From Cladosporium halotolerans (lineage: Eukaryota): a DNA stretch of 60,515 nucleotides. A program made the position numbers and the translations under genes. How positions within the stretch are numbered: position 1 is the stretch's first letter; each line of letters opens with the position of its first letter. Positions 22,438 to 34,469 of this stretch are shown piece after piece. The notes below the pieces were generated by a model, which was given only the letters and a program-made list of their open reading frames with translations, did not search any database and was not told the origin of the DNA. The stretch lies in the NCBI RefSeq assembly GCF_011745625.1, contig NW_027191473.1:372001-432515 (forward strand), read 5' to 3'.

Positions 22438-25053
22438 CTATATTGTCAAAGCCTCAGGCTCACCTCCCAAGCCCTCTATGCCCTGTGCACCGTAGACCGT
22501 TATAGGAACGGCGATCTCAAAAGTCTCCGCCAACAAACGTTCCTTCGCTAACAGATTTAGCCCTCTATCATCTCTGCCAACTTCCTCGAGTAGTTCCCTG
22601 TCCTGCTCTTGTCCATCGTCTAACCATGATACTGTTGCCGGCTGCCGCTCGGTAGTAAATTCAACACGAAGCCGCCAAACTAGACTCACGCCAGTCGTCT
22701 CGAAAGTCGGAGCGGCATGGGGCGGAATGGCCAGGCTGAAGCTGATCGAGCGGGCGAAGAGTGAATTTTCGCGTGCTGAAGCGTGGACTTTGCGCGTCAC
22801 TCGTTGGATGGAGGAGCTGCTCCGGAGAGCTAAAGAGGGATCCACGCGCTCTGCCGACTCAAGCTCGAGGTTTACTGAGTACGTCGATGTCTGCTCGCGA
22901 TCTGCCGATGTAGCCGGATCCGCTGTGGTGAAGTCGATAGTTCCAGTGACGGTTTCGCCGAGGCGGTAAGCTGGCCGCAGTAATGTGACAACGGCAACCG
23001 GGTGGCCTGAGCAGGCGATGTTGAAGCGGTTGGAGCTTTGCGATGCTTCGGACTGAGCTGCACGATTGGAGCGAAGGATAGCGAAGTCGATGATTTCTCT
23101 GACGCTGGTCGGCTGTGGTTCTGCTATGCTTTGTCTACGTGATGTCGAGGGCGACAACGCCGGAGAGATAGGTGATGTGGGAGAAAGGAGGATGGCACTG
23201 TCCGCAGCAGGCGAAGCCAGCAGCCTTTCGGTGTAACGCAAGAAATCCTCCAGACCTTGTTTAGATGGCTTCGCTTTCGGGTCCGCTTTGGTAGGGAAGG
23301 AGGGAAAGGCCTTTGGTGACGAGGGTGATATAGAGATGCTCCCAGTCCGTGCCGAATCTTGCAACAGAATATATGGCGACATTAAGTCGTGACCTAAGAC
23401 CCCTCCGCGACTGTTAACGCTTCCCAGGACGCGGAATGGAATCTCGATCTGTTTGACGGGCTGCCCTCCAGGTCTCTGAATGCCAAGAGAGATGTGGTAA
23501 GACACTTTAATGGCTCGTCCTCGGTAAGATGGCGGCAGGCCACGCGGTAATGCGAATCGATAATGATAGCTCTTGCTTTCCCCGGGAGCAAGGCAAAGAT
23601 CGACGAAGAGTAAGCTCTGCGGCGTGGAGAGCAGCGGTACGGTCTTCGAGCTCGCTGCTGCTTTCATCTGCGCAATGGAGCTCATGTCATCGCCGCCGAG
23701 TAATCCACCTATGGATTCGCCAAGGTTACCCCAACTAAACGCGCCGAACATGCCAGAGGCGCGTTTCGAGCTTCGCTCAACACCAACAACTCCACCACCA
23801 CCCTGAACACCTTTCCTTTTCACGTCTTCAAATGGCGCTGCATTTACCAAGCTACCATCAAGCGCGAAGTGCCCGACGGTCTGCGCATGGCCCATCATGA
23901 GCGTCTCAGGCTGCGCCGGAATATGATCGCTAGGTCGTCTGATCTGAGATGCCTGGCGAGAATGCGCCTGTGATGGCAAAAGCCTTCCATTGGGCTGGTT
24001 TTGATAAGGAAGCTCCGAAGCCAGAGTTTCGTCACTGTGATTGCTCGTGCTGTAGAACTCGCCACTGCTGCGAGGTGTACCACCAGCCGAAGATTCCGTG
24101 ATCACTCGAGAGATAGGATGGAGGCTGCCCATGGAGCCAGGCCAGGCTTCGGGAGGCCGAGGAGATACACCGCGATTCTGACTAGAATGCATGTTGGAAT
24201 GTGTTCGGATCGGTTTTGGCGGAGAAGGCTGGGGTGTAGGCCTGTTCGCTGCAGGCTGTTGTCGCGGAGGGAATTCGAAGTCCGGGCTAAGTCCCCCACT
24301 CATTGCACTAGGGCTCCTTCTATGGCCCCCTGCTCTAGGTGTGAAATCGGCGGAAACTGTTCCCGGCCTACGCCTTGGGGGTTGTAGCGGACCAGGATCC
24401 GTTTGTCCTGGAGTGCCTTGGGGCGTAAACGATTCATACAGAGGTGAAGGCTGCCTGAAAGACCCAGATCCAGAACCTGGAAAGGCGTAAGGCGAAGGCA
24501 TCGGCGGCGGTTTCGAAGTCACTTGAAGACTCGTGCTCCGCGTGTGGCCCCTTGCCGGTCTCTTGCTTGTGGGAGGCGGAGCGACCGCGCGACCTTCGCT
24601 AGGCGCTTCACTACCCAGAGACATGATGGACAAGGACCGCCCATGGCCTTTGGCAGGTCGCGCTGAAGTCGGTGTTCGACTCGGCATCGGGGCACTGTGC
24701 AAGCCTCCCGTGTATGAGCTTGCTCTTGAGTGTGCGCTCGTTACGTTGAGTGACAGACTAGGTCTATGGCCTCTACCGCTGGCAGCCTGTCTTGAACCTG
24801 AGAAGGACGGCGCCCAGCTTGCTTGTGCAGTGCTGGGAGCAAGCGAAGATCTTCTACTGGCAGTAACTGATGGCGCCCTGGAGAAGCCATTGGACTGGGG
24901 TATATGTGCTGCATCCTCCTCTTGGGGCTCCTGACCAGGAGGCACGGCTACATTTTGGAAGGTGATTATACATTCGATATCCTCTCCGGCGTAAATGCTA
25001 GGCTCCTTCCAGTGTACGAATGCGCGGATGTTTGAGGGCGGCGGCGGAGGCAT
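22438..25053 (-). CDS. RGP1: Rgp1-domain protein (subunit of the Ric1-Rgp1 Ypt6/Rab6 GEF)
   Basis: AGEDIECIITFQN, ETLMMGHAQTVGHF, PLLSTPQSLLFVDL, LPRGLPPSYRGRAIKVSY, RPAYRLGETV, PTFETTGVSLVWRLRVEF. Confidence 0.85.
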   Translation of the reverse strand: MPPPPPSNIRAFVHWKEPSIYAGEDIECIITFQNVAVPPGQEPQEEDAAHIPQSNGFSRAPSVTASRRSSLAPSTAQASWAPSFSGSRQAASGRGHRPSLSLNVTSAHSRASSYTGGLHSAPMPSRTPTSARPAKGHGRSLSIMSLGSEAPSEGRAVAPPPTSKRPARGHTRSTSLQVTSKPPPMPSPYAFPGSGSGSFRQPSPLYESFTPQGTPGQTDPGPLQPPRRRPGTVSADFTPRAGGHRRSPSAMSGGLSPDFEFPPRQQPAANRPTPQPSPPKPIRTHSNMHSSQNRGVSPRPPEAWPGSMGSLHPISRVITESSAGGTPRSSGEFYSTSNHSDETLASELPYQNQPNGRLLPSQAHSRQASQIRRPSDHIPAQPETLMMGHAQTVGHFALDGSLVNAAPFEDVKRKGVQGGGGVVGVERSSKRASGMFGAFSWGNLGESIGGLLGGDDMSSIAQMKAAASSKTVPLLSTPQSLLFVDLCLAPGESKSYHYRFALPRGLPPSYRGRAIKVSYHISLGIQRPGGQPVKQIEIPFRVLGSVNSRGGVLGHDLMSPYILLQDSARTGSISISPSSPKAFPSFPTKADPKAKPSKQGLEDFLRYTERLLASPAADSAILLSPTSPISPALSPSTSRRQSIAEPQPTSVREIIDFAILRSNRAAQSEASQSSNRFNIACSGHPVAVVTLLRPAYRLGETVTGTIDFTTADPATSADREQTSTYSVNLELESAERVDPSLALRSSSSIQRVTRKVHASARENSLFARSISFSLAIPPHAAPTFETTGVSLVWRLRVEFTTERQPATVSWLDDGQEQDRELLEEVGRDDRGLNLLAKERLLAETFEIAVPITVYGAQGIEGLGGEPEALTI

Positions 25054-26156
25054 AATGGTCGAAGTAAGAGAGCAGCTTGATGCCGCTTAGAGCTGTGCAT
25101 GACATGGTACAAACTCCAGCATGATCGTGCTTCAAGGGCTTAGCGAGATGGCGGTATCATTATGAGGATCGTGTCGCTGTAGGCGTTCAAGCGCAGAGCT
25201 CAAAAGACGCCCGACTCGAGTGACATGACGATGTCTTGGGGGGATGATCGCCCGCATGGATGCGCAAGCGCTCATCTCGGCAAGCCCGCTTTCCCCTGCC
25301 AGCCCACCTCTCCCCAAAGCGGAGGTCCACATACGAGGGATAGCACCATGTCTCCTGGGAAAGCCGGTCTGCATTACATGTATATCTGTCAAAGGATTGT
25401 CATATTGGTCCATAATCACATGAGACCACTGATGTATGCAAAACAGAAACCCTAAAATCGGATTTTCAGCTCAAGACTAAAGTACTGAGCAAATCGAACA
25501 GATGAAGAAGACGTTAAACGCTGCGAGTTTGGGCTCAACTAGCATGCCAAAATACTGCGTCTTGACGCAAATCGGTGGCCTCGTATGCCCCCTAGACATC
25601 ACATGTTTTGCTTAGCGTAACGAAAATCACCTGTTGAATGGCCCGCCTATCGAATACCAGTCGAATGACCCGAAACCTCGTGTAGGTTATGTTGCCATAC
25701 CAAATCACACGGCCCAAGTTCAATGACAATCATGAAGGGCCATTCCAAAATGCAACTTGCGAACACTCAATTTATTTGAGATCGTCCCGTAAGTATTCAA
25801 TAGGAACTACCATTGGAACTACCAGAGTAACCGATATCATTCGAACATGCCCCTCGATGACGCAGTGTGTTAACAAATGACATTTTGTAGTCTCACGCGC
25901 TTGAGAAGGATGTATTAAAACGCGGCCTATCAGATCAAAAGATTCGATGGTTCTGTTGCTCGACTTTAAGGTTGCGGCTAGGCGACGGTGCACACGAAGC
26001 GTTTGCAGGTGCCTCAGGCCGCCAATACACTGCGCTTGGCGCTCGAAATTCCATCTCCACAACTCGAACTTTCTGCCTTTGCTGTGCGCTGCTCGCTCTC
26101 GACCTGACAAGCGACCTTCGAACCACCAGCCGGCCACCACACGTCGACCCGACAAG

Positions 26157-27046
26157 ATGAAGTTGAACATCTCCTACCCGGCCAACGGCTCTCAGAAGCT
26201 CGTCGAGATTGAGGATGACCGCAAGCTGCGTGTCTTCATGGACCGCCGCATGGGTCAGGAAGTCCCTGGCGACTCCGTCGGCGACGAGTTCAAGGGCTAC
26301 GTTTTCCGCATCACTGGCGGCAACGACAAGCAGGGCTTCCCCATGAAGCAGGGTGTCATGCACCCGACCCGTGTGCGCCTCCTCCTCGGTGAGGGCCAGT
26401 CCTGCTACCGCCCCCGCCGTACCGGTGAGCGCAAGCGCAAGTCCGTCCGCGGCTGCATTGTCGCCGCCGACCTGGCCGTCCTCTCTCTCGCCATCGTCAA
26501 GCAGGGCGATGCTGAGCTCCCCGGTCTCACCGACACTGTCCACCCCAAGCGCCTTGGTCCCAAGCGCGCCACGAAGATCCGCAGGTTCTTCGGTCTCAGC
26601 AAGGAAGACGATGTGAGTACCTCCAATGAGGCTCTATTCCTCTTCGCCAGCCCGTCTCCGTGCCTTTTGGCTGCGACGGGCTGAGTCTGAGAAAGTACAA
26701 AATGCTAACGTGATTGTGATCCAGGTCCGCAAGTTCGTCATCCGTCGTGAGGTCCAGCCCAAGAAGGAGGGTGCCAAGCCTTACACCAAGGCCCCTCGCA
26801 TCCAGCGTCTGGTCACTCCCCAGCGTCTCCAGCACAAGCGTCACCGCATCGCACTCAAGCGCCGCAACGCCGAGGCCTCCAAGGACGCTGCCGTAAGTCC
26901 AAGAGCTCTGCCAAAGGAAAGACGAGTACAACCACTAACACTACGTTCAGAACGAGTACGCCCAGATCCTGCACAAGCGTGTTGCGGAGGAGAAGGCCAA
27001 GCAGGCCGAGTTCCGCAAGCGCCGTGCCTCCAGCATGCGCAAGTAG
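26157..27046 (+). CDS. RPS6: 40S ribosomal protein eS6; introns 26613-26724 and 26893-26950
   Basis: [15 protein letters not shown]...[14 protein letters not shown]...[13 protein letters not shown]...RRASSMRK*; spliced length 720 nt. Confidence 0.98.
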
Positions 27047-27568
27047 ATATTTCTTGCGTAAGGACGGGTGTCCATCGTACCAGATGTTCAATCTGGGCCG
27101 GCGACCTGCGCCAGTGGTCATGTCGTTTGGGGGCCAGCTTGAGTCTGCCCGTTCAGCACGGTTTTGCCTGTAGTAAATGGGCGCAAAAAAGTAGACGGAG
27201 TTGGGCTCTTTATAGCGACAATCAATGGCGGCCTTTCACGCTGCTGTACTCGATTTTTTTGATACCCTGAGCTTTTTGTGAATACTTGATCAGTCCTTCA
27301 CTTTCACTATTCTCGCGTTCCCAATGCACTTAAGCAGACTCTCGTCATGCTTATGAACGCGGAAATTCACTGTCCTATATTTTGTGTCTCTTGCTTCCAT
27401 TCAGAAAGGCAGCATTTCGGCTGACCTTCCGTGCCGACCCCGCCTTTGCCCGCAAAAAAATCCCGGTCCGACATCATGCCTCAAGGTTCGTAAAGCCGCT
27501 TTGCGACTGTATACTTTCCGACATGATACCCCGTTGCTCTAGCCCGCAACTCACCATATTGGCCGGAC

Positions 27569-28708
27569 ATGGCTACCAACTCGATCAAGCTCCTGACTGG
27601 CAACAGCCACGGTCAGCTCGCCAAACTGGTGGCTGACCGCCTGGGTATCGAGCTGGCCAAGATCATGGTCCTGCAATACTCCAACAACGAGACGAGCATA
27701 TCGATTGGCGAGAGTGTGCGCGACGAGGATGGTATGAGACCTTGAGTGGGCCCGATGGTAGAGAACGAAGGCTGACCGCACGCCTGCAGTCTTCATCATC
27801 CAGTCCACCGAGTCGCACAGCATCAACGACCACATCATGGAGCTCCTCATCCTCATCAACGCCTGCCGCACCGCGTCCGCGCGCCGTATCACAGCCGTCC
27901 TTCCCAACTTCCCGTATGCCCGCCAGGACAAGAAGGATAAGAGTAGGGCTCCTATCACCGCCAAGCTCATGGCGAACATGTTGCAGACGGCCGGCTGCAA
28001 CCATGTCATCACGATGGACCTGCACGCAAGTCAGATCCAGGGCTTCTTCAACGTCCCCGTGGACAACCTCTATGCGGAACCGAGTACTCTCAGGTGGATC
28101 CGGGAGAACCTGCAGCCACAGGACTGCGTGATCGTCTCGCCCGACGCTGGCGGAGCGAAGAGGTAAGGACTGACAGCTGTCGGCGCACGCCGATATGCAC
28201 ATCTGCTGACATACACGCAACAGAGCGACCGCCATCGCCGACAACCTCAACGTCGGTTTCGCGCTCATCCACAAGGAGCGCGCGCGCCCCAACGAGGTCA
28301 GCCGCATGGTGCTGGTCGGCGACGTGAAAGACCGCACCGCCATCATCGTCGACGACATGGCCGACACCTGCGGCACGCTGTGCAAGGCCGCCGACGTGGT
28401 CATCGAGCACGGCGCCAAAGCCGCCATCGCCATCGTCACCCACGGCATCCTCAGCGGCGACGCCATCCAGAAGATCAACAACAGCAAGCTCAAGCACCTG
28501 GTCGTGACCAACACCGTTCCTCACGAGGAGAAGAAGAAGCTGTGCGACAGGATCGTCACGCTTGACATCTCGCCTACTGTAAGTCGTCCTGACTTTGGAA
28601 TGCCCAGAAATGATCGTACTGACTCAACCCCAGCTCGCCGAAGCCTGCCGGAGAACGCACAACGGCGAGAGCGTGTCTTTCCTCTTCAAGCACGCGCCCG
28701 TCGACTAG
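27569..28708 (+). CDS. PRS: Ribose-phosphate pyrophosphokinase (PRPP synthetase); introns 27732-27789, 28163-28223, 28579-28633
   Basis: [14 protein letters not shown]..., [52 protein letters not shown]. Paralog number not assigned. Confidence 0.96.
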
Positions 28709-29800
28709 AGATGTGTTCTTGTGTGGCCTTCTTTTTTTTACGATGAAATTCATACGCCTTGGCTGATAAAATATCGGGGTGATCTGGAGTTTGTTTCTTT
28801 TTTGGGACGAGCGGCTAGACTCGAAATGCAGTACCTGAACAAATCTGTATTCTTCTCAGAGCCGCGATCCAGCTCGCATCCCATCTGTGTGTTGAACAAG
28901 ATTTGCGACGTTGTTTTCTTCATCGTGGTTTGCAACTGGGACAGCGTGCTGCTTCCCTCGCGCAAACAATAGGTTCTCGACCTCGGTCGAGAAATTTGCC
29001 TCATTGTGAAGTCTGCTTGTATCAACCATCTCCGTAGGCGCGCCCAGCTTCGACCACAGAGCGTCTGGGTTGGAGATTGCGGTACGGAAGGACCTGCTGA
29101 TAGACGAATCGAGTTGGAACACATCAGTGTCGGTGGTAGACCGGCCTGACGGTGGTCTGAACCTGGTGTTGTTGTTATTGTTGTGATGCGACGGGGAGGA
29201 AAATCGGGCTGCTGGCCATATTGGTCGAAAGGAGCCACTCGTCGGCGTTGTGGATGGTCGGCGTAGCGAACTCAATCCTCAATGATCATGCTGATGCGGT
29301 CGAACTGGAAGAGTCACTTTCGACTCGCGCTGGTGAAGTCAACATGCTGGCGTTGGTCGGCGGTCAACGACGTCGGGAGCAGCTGACGCCAACGATGAGG
29401 TTTTGTCGGCGGGAGAGGTCGAAGAACAATGCCGTGGCATCTGAGCAATCTCGCCTCTACAGAGCGCCGACTCTCAACCGTACACATACGACTCGGAACC
29501 TTCCTCGATTGCCCACACAGCCAGCCATCCAGCCATGCGTCCGATGATCGATCTCATCTACAGCGTGCTCCAGGGCCGTCCGTTACCTGTACGGTTCCCG
29601 AAGCACGCGACGACGCAAAGAGTCTGGAAATGGCTCCAGGAGCAGGTAAAAGCGTGGCGCAGTCTCAGCAATGTCGCCCGTGAATGCGACTCTCGCCCAA
29701 AACCGCTTCAGCGGCATTTCAACTCTACAAGAAATACCATCGAGTCGCCGCGAGCTCCCACAGCTTGCTGGCGTCCGGCTCGAAGCGTGCCGCGCTGCCC

Positions 29801-29821
29801 CTCTCTCTCTCTCTCTCTCTC
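29801..29821. repeat. (CT)n microsatellite
   Basis: About ten CT units. A shorter (GA)n run lies near 30419-30432. Confidence 0.8.
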
Positions 29822-30691
29822 ACACAGCACGCACTGATCTCCAGAATCCGAAGGAGACAGCGTATGCATCCGTGGATCTAAAGTACTGTGTGTAGGCCAC
29901 TCGCTCGGCAAGCCCCGCCCGGATCGTCCTCCCTCCCACCAAGTCCCTTGTTGTGGCAGTAAAGCAGTGTGGCTGGTGCGAGCGAGGGCTTCGCCGTCGG
30001 AGTCTGCCCCCGCGAAGCGAAGCGACGTCCGAAGAAAGCCCCAGCTGGCGGCGCGGAGCCCCGGCGTGACCCACCCCACCCGCCGCCTCTGCTGTAAGGC
30101 TGCGGCTGGACTTCACGTCTTCGGCCGTCGGTTTTGGGTGCGCGCAACGATTTCAACGGAGAAGACAGATTAAGGTAAGCATGATAAGAGGCGACGGCGA
30201 GGGAAGCGTTGAGGGTGATGGTTGACTTCTTTGCAACGGCTCTGCTTCGAGGACGGGCGCGGGAGTCGACGAGTTGTTTAAGAGTGATGATGCACGAGAT
30301 GGGAGAGAGACGGTGAGAAGCAGTGGCATTGGTAAACAGAGCAAGTAACCCCAATCTCCCCTCGTTGCTGAAAGCGAACAAAAGGGCGATGGTCAAGGTA
30401 TCGTCGCGCGTAATTCAAGAGAGAGAGAGAGACTTATCATAAAAAGTAATCAACAAGAGACGACACGAAAAGTAAAGCCAGCGTCCTTCCCAACTCCTCG
30501 CCCTCCGATTCCCGAAAAAATCCCGATTCATGTCCCAGCGAAGGGTATCCATTCCGTGTTTTTTCGTTGCTCGTGTGCGGGCGTTGTTTCCTTTGTTGAG
30601 AGGGTATTAAGCGGCTTTGAAGAGGGATGAAAAGACATTAAGGTTTTGGTGAACCGCGGAGGGCTCGGGGTGTTGCTGCGCTGCACTGCAT

Positions 30692-31934
30692 TTACAGAGC
30701 GAGGAGCATGATGGCGGCGGCGCCGATGAGGCCGGGGGCGGCGGTCTGCATGGCGGCGGCGTTGCCGGAGTCCGAGGCTGCGAGGAACGTTAGTGGATGG
30801 GTAAGAGAATGGGAGAATGGCACGACTTACCGGCTTCGCCAGCAGAGCTGGTGGCCTCAGCAGCACCCTGGGTGGCCTCGCCGCCGGCGGAAGTGGCGCT
30901 CTCGGAAGCGTCAGACGCGCCGGAGGAAGCCTCAGAGGCACCAGAGGAGGCGGCAGACGAGGCGTCAGAAGCACCAGACGCGGCGCCGTCAGTCGCAGAG
31001 GAAGCGGCAGATCCAGCAGTGCCGGTCATGCTCATGCCAGCAGCGCCGAAAGCGCCAGCAAGAGCCTCAGTGCCGGAGAGGGTGGTGGAGGAGCCATCGG
31101 CCTCAGCGACGACACCCTGGCCGGAGGGAAGGGCGCTGTACTGGGTGCCGGAGATGGAGGTGGCATCGCCGCCGGCAGTGAGGGTGTTGGCGCCGATCGC
31201 GTAGCCGCCGTTGCCGTTGTCGATGGCAGAGATGCCAGACATGGTGGAGTTGCCACCGTTGCTGCTGCCACCAGCACCAGCAGCGCCGGTCTCGGTCGCA
31301 TTACCGCCGGCAGTCATGGTAGAGCTAATGGAGGGTCAGCATTGGAGGTTTGGACGTCTCTTGGGTGCCATTCGACTCACGTCATGGTGGCAGTTCCGCT
31401 GGCGGAACCAGAACCCTCAGTCGAGCTAGCAGAGCCAGATGCGCTGCCGGAGCCGGAAGCGAGGGCACCTGAGTGGAAATGTAAGCTTGATTGTCAAGAA
31501 GCGGAGATGGGCGGATTTGCTTACCCTGGCAGTACTGGGTGCCGAAAGCAATGACAGTGCCAGCATCTTCAGAGCTGCAGGCCTCGTTGGCGCAGTCGCG
31601 CACACCGTAGCCGAAGTTGGGCTCACGGCAGTAGCACTGAACGTCACCCTGGGCGCAGCCGAAGTTGTTGTTCGCAATGCCGAGCATGTTGTTGATGCAA
31701 GTGCGCTAGAGACGCGAGTCAGTACGCGACTTCGAAACGAGCGTGACGTCGACGCAGGAGCCATTGAGGTGAACAGAGTCGTTGGCGCGAAGGAACATGG
31801 ATTGATGACTCCATTCACCAATGGCTGCGCGATTCGGTTGGAGCAGCACTTACACCGCACTCGGGGAGAGAGTCGAGGCTCTGGGCAGCGACAATGGCCG
31901 CGCCGGCGGCGACGAGAGCGAAAGAAGCCTTCAT
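30692..31934 (-). CDS. Secreted, GPI-anchored CFEM-domain protein; introns 31706-31853, 31469-31524, 31325-31380, 30778-30830
   Basis: Signal peptide MKASFALVAAGAAIVAA, 8-Cys CFEM domain (PECG-RTC...GCAQGDVQCYC...RDCANEAC...QYC), Ser/Ala/Gly/Thr-rich stalk, omega-like SGNAA plus hydrophobic tail LIGAAAIMLLAL; spliced length 930 nt. Confidence 0.92.
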
Positions 31935-32510
31935 TGTGAGGTGTGGTTGATGATCGACTCGGTGGAGGTGGAGTGAAGGCTGGTGGTTGACGCAACGGAC
32001 GGGTGTGGTTGGGGAGTGGTGTGAGGGGAGAGAGCAAGAGTGATACGTGCGGCGCGAGTTGGGTTTATGGCCTGGCGGGCTCGTGGGCGGGCGACGTCAG
32101 GGCAGCGGTGGGCATCAGGCCGCCAGCGAATGGTCAAGCATGGACGCGCCGGGTGCCGCACGGGCTGCGGTACATGGCGATGCTGGGCCTGGCGCTGGAT
32201 CTGGCGCTCGGCTCGCCGCCGTTAGAGTGTGCGGACGCGCCGTGTTTTTCGCACGCCCGCGGCCTGCGCGACGGCGGCGGCGCCAAACAGGGCCCAGAGC
32301 TTGTGCGCGGGCGAGTGTCGCGCCCCTCGAGCACAGGTGGGAAGACTTGGAAGCTCAGCGAGCTCCCACCAGCTGTGCCAGCTGTGCCAGCTCTCCGCCC
32401 GCTCTCTGCCAGCTCTGCCAGCGCCCGCCCGCCGCACCGCTTGGGCCCTGCTGCAGGTACGCACAGGGCGCAGGGTGGATGCCAGTGCCGCGCCGTGACT
32501 TCACTCCGCG

Positions 32511-32536
32511 CCTGGCCACTCCTGGCCACTCCTGGC
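32511..32536 (-). promoter_or_regulatory. Tandem array of three PacC/Rim101-type sites (GCCAGG) within a 10-bp repeat CCTGGCCACT
   Basis: CCTGGC at 32511, 32521 and 32531, with further GCCARG sites at 32071, 32188 and 32946, all on the minus strand upstream of the CFEM gene. Confidence 0.5.
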
Positions 32537-34469
32537 CCTCCTACGCCTCTCCTACGCCTCTCCATCTTCCCCGCGCGCGCCAATCGCACATCCCAGGCAG
32601 TCCGCCCTGCAGCGCCGTGAAACTTGCTTTGGCCCTGATTGCCGCCAAACTCTGGCCCCGACTCACACCCGTGCCCTCGCTCCATGCCGTCATCCTGTCT
32701 CGTTGCGACCGCTCCGATCGCGCGCGGCCTGATCCTGCAGAGCGAAGCGTCCATCCATCGCCTCACCAGATCGCCCGCCTGCAGTCGCCGATGCGCCGCG
32801 TTTGCCCACCCACGAGCCCTGTGGCCCGCGACTGCGCTGCCATCCGACGTCCGACCCGTTTCGAGGCACCCGCCGGGAAATGACCTGGGGCGCCTTCACG
32901 TGGGACCGAGTGCCCACTGTCTCTCCTCGCCGTCTGGGCCATAAACTTGGCACGTATAAGCTCGTTTGCTCGTTTGCCAGCGAGGCAAGCCGGCGCCGGC
33001 ACGCCCGCCAGCGAGCAAGCACCCCAAGCCAGCAGGAGAGCCGAAGCGCCAAACTCAATCCCGCTTCCTGCGGCCACACCCGCCGCGATCGCCAACCTTG
33101 CCAATCACTCGCGCATGCCCTTTGCGTCGACCAGCCACCGCACTCTGCTCCGCCGCATGAGCAGAACGCCCACCCGTGGTCCAGATCAGCGCAGGCGGAA
33201 CTCTTTCGCCCTGCAATGTAACGTGACTGCGCCGAATGCCTCGGGAAAGACCATGACCATCGCGGCCAAACCACCAATACTCCACGGCGATCTCTCCACC
33301 TCGATCTCAAATCCCTTCTCGAGCTAGCAAAAGAGACTACAGTACCTTACCGGGGTGCCGCCAGAAGCTGGGTAGAGTACATGTGGGAAAGTACCACAAC
33401 GTCGCGCGACACGCCCCTTCGCAATCTCCCCCGCACGCGCCCGTTCGCCTATCACCACCCTCCTACTCCCCCAGCGCTCCCCTGACCCGATACACAACTC
33501 ATCCGCCTAATGATAATAGATCTCAACCCGCCATCCAAAACCACCACCGCGGGCGCAAGGCCTCCCTTTTCCAACGTGATTGCAGGTGCAGAAACAAATT
33601 TCCAACCGTCTCCTAGCGCGCCACGACCCCGTGGCCTGTTTCGCCCTGCTCGCACCTCTCCTGCGCCCACGTGCGGCGCAGCGTGGAACAGGCGTTCGCA
33701 GCCGCCTTTCTTCTCACGGGTAAATCCCAAGAATCCAAATCAAAAACGAGGCAGAACGAAGTCGGGTGGCTGGCGATACCTGCGCCCTGCCTGTTGCGGC
33801 TCCGTTCGTCGCGATCGCAGGCCGAGCTGCAGCCGCCCGTGGCGCTAGTTTCTTCCCTCTGCGTTAGTCGTCTCGATTCGACTCGCCGGCTCGCGCGAAA
33901 CTCACCTCTCTCATCACATGCTTCGATAGCGAGTCAAGCCACGGGTCATGCGCGCGAGCATCCTGTGGCTGTGCGCGCGTCGATCCCCGTCGATTAGCAG
34001 GCTTTCTCGGCCTCGCCGGGATCGCAGGGCAAGCCACGCCCGCGGTCGGCAAACGCTGGCTGTGGCTGTGCGCTCAGTCCCGCCTGTTCGGAGTGTCTTT
34101 CGGCCTGGATGGTCGGCGTCGCCGTGCGCGAGTCAAGCGTCGCTTACAGATACTACTGTCTATCGGGGAGTCAGCTCGTGGATACCGCGGTGTGGAAATG
34201 CTGCGCTGGACGCCTTGTCTTGAAGAATCTGAAGACCGACGATGCATTGGCCACGGATGCTCTGGCGCCTGATTGAGGCAATTAGACGTGTGCAGATTGC
34301 AAGGCAGATCAGATCAGATCAGCCTCGCTAAAGCAAAGCAAGGCAAGGCAAAGCGGATCACGCAAACGAGCGCCGAATGCCGGGCGGACGGGACTGCCCT
34401 GCTGACTGCTGTGGTTGTCGCTCAATCGATTAAAGGTAGGCAAGTCTATGCTACGGCAAGGACACAACG

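Noticed and set aside
26635..26672. TGCCTTTTGGCT in RPS6 intron 1 resembling U2 snRNA stem I
   Set aside because: Lacks the U2 branch-recognition sequence (GTAGTA) and an Sm site; probably a coincidental short match.
28750..30396. Minus-strand ORFs (139-172 aa) between PRS and the CFEM gene
   Set aside because: No recognisable domain, non-ATG or poorly placed starts, and no convincing splice model. A lineage-specific gene cannot be excluded.
32003..33310. Multiple ORFs on both strands upstream of the CFEM gene
   Set aside because: Low-complexity GC-rich sequence containing tandem repeats whose units are often not multiples of 3; better explained as regulatory DNA.
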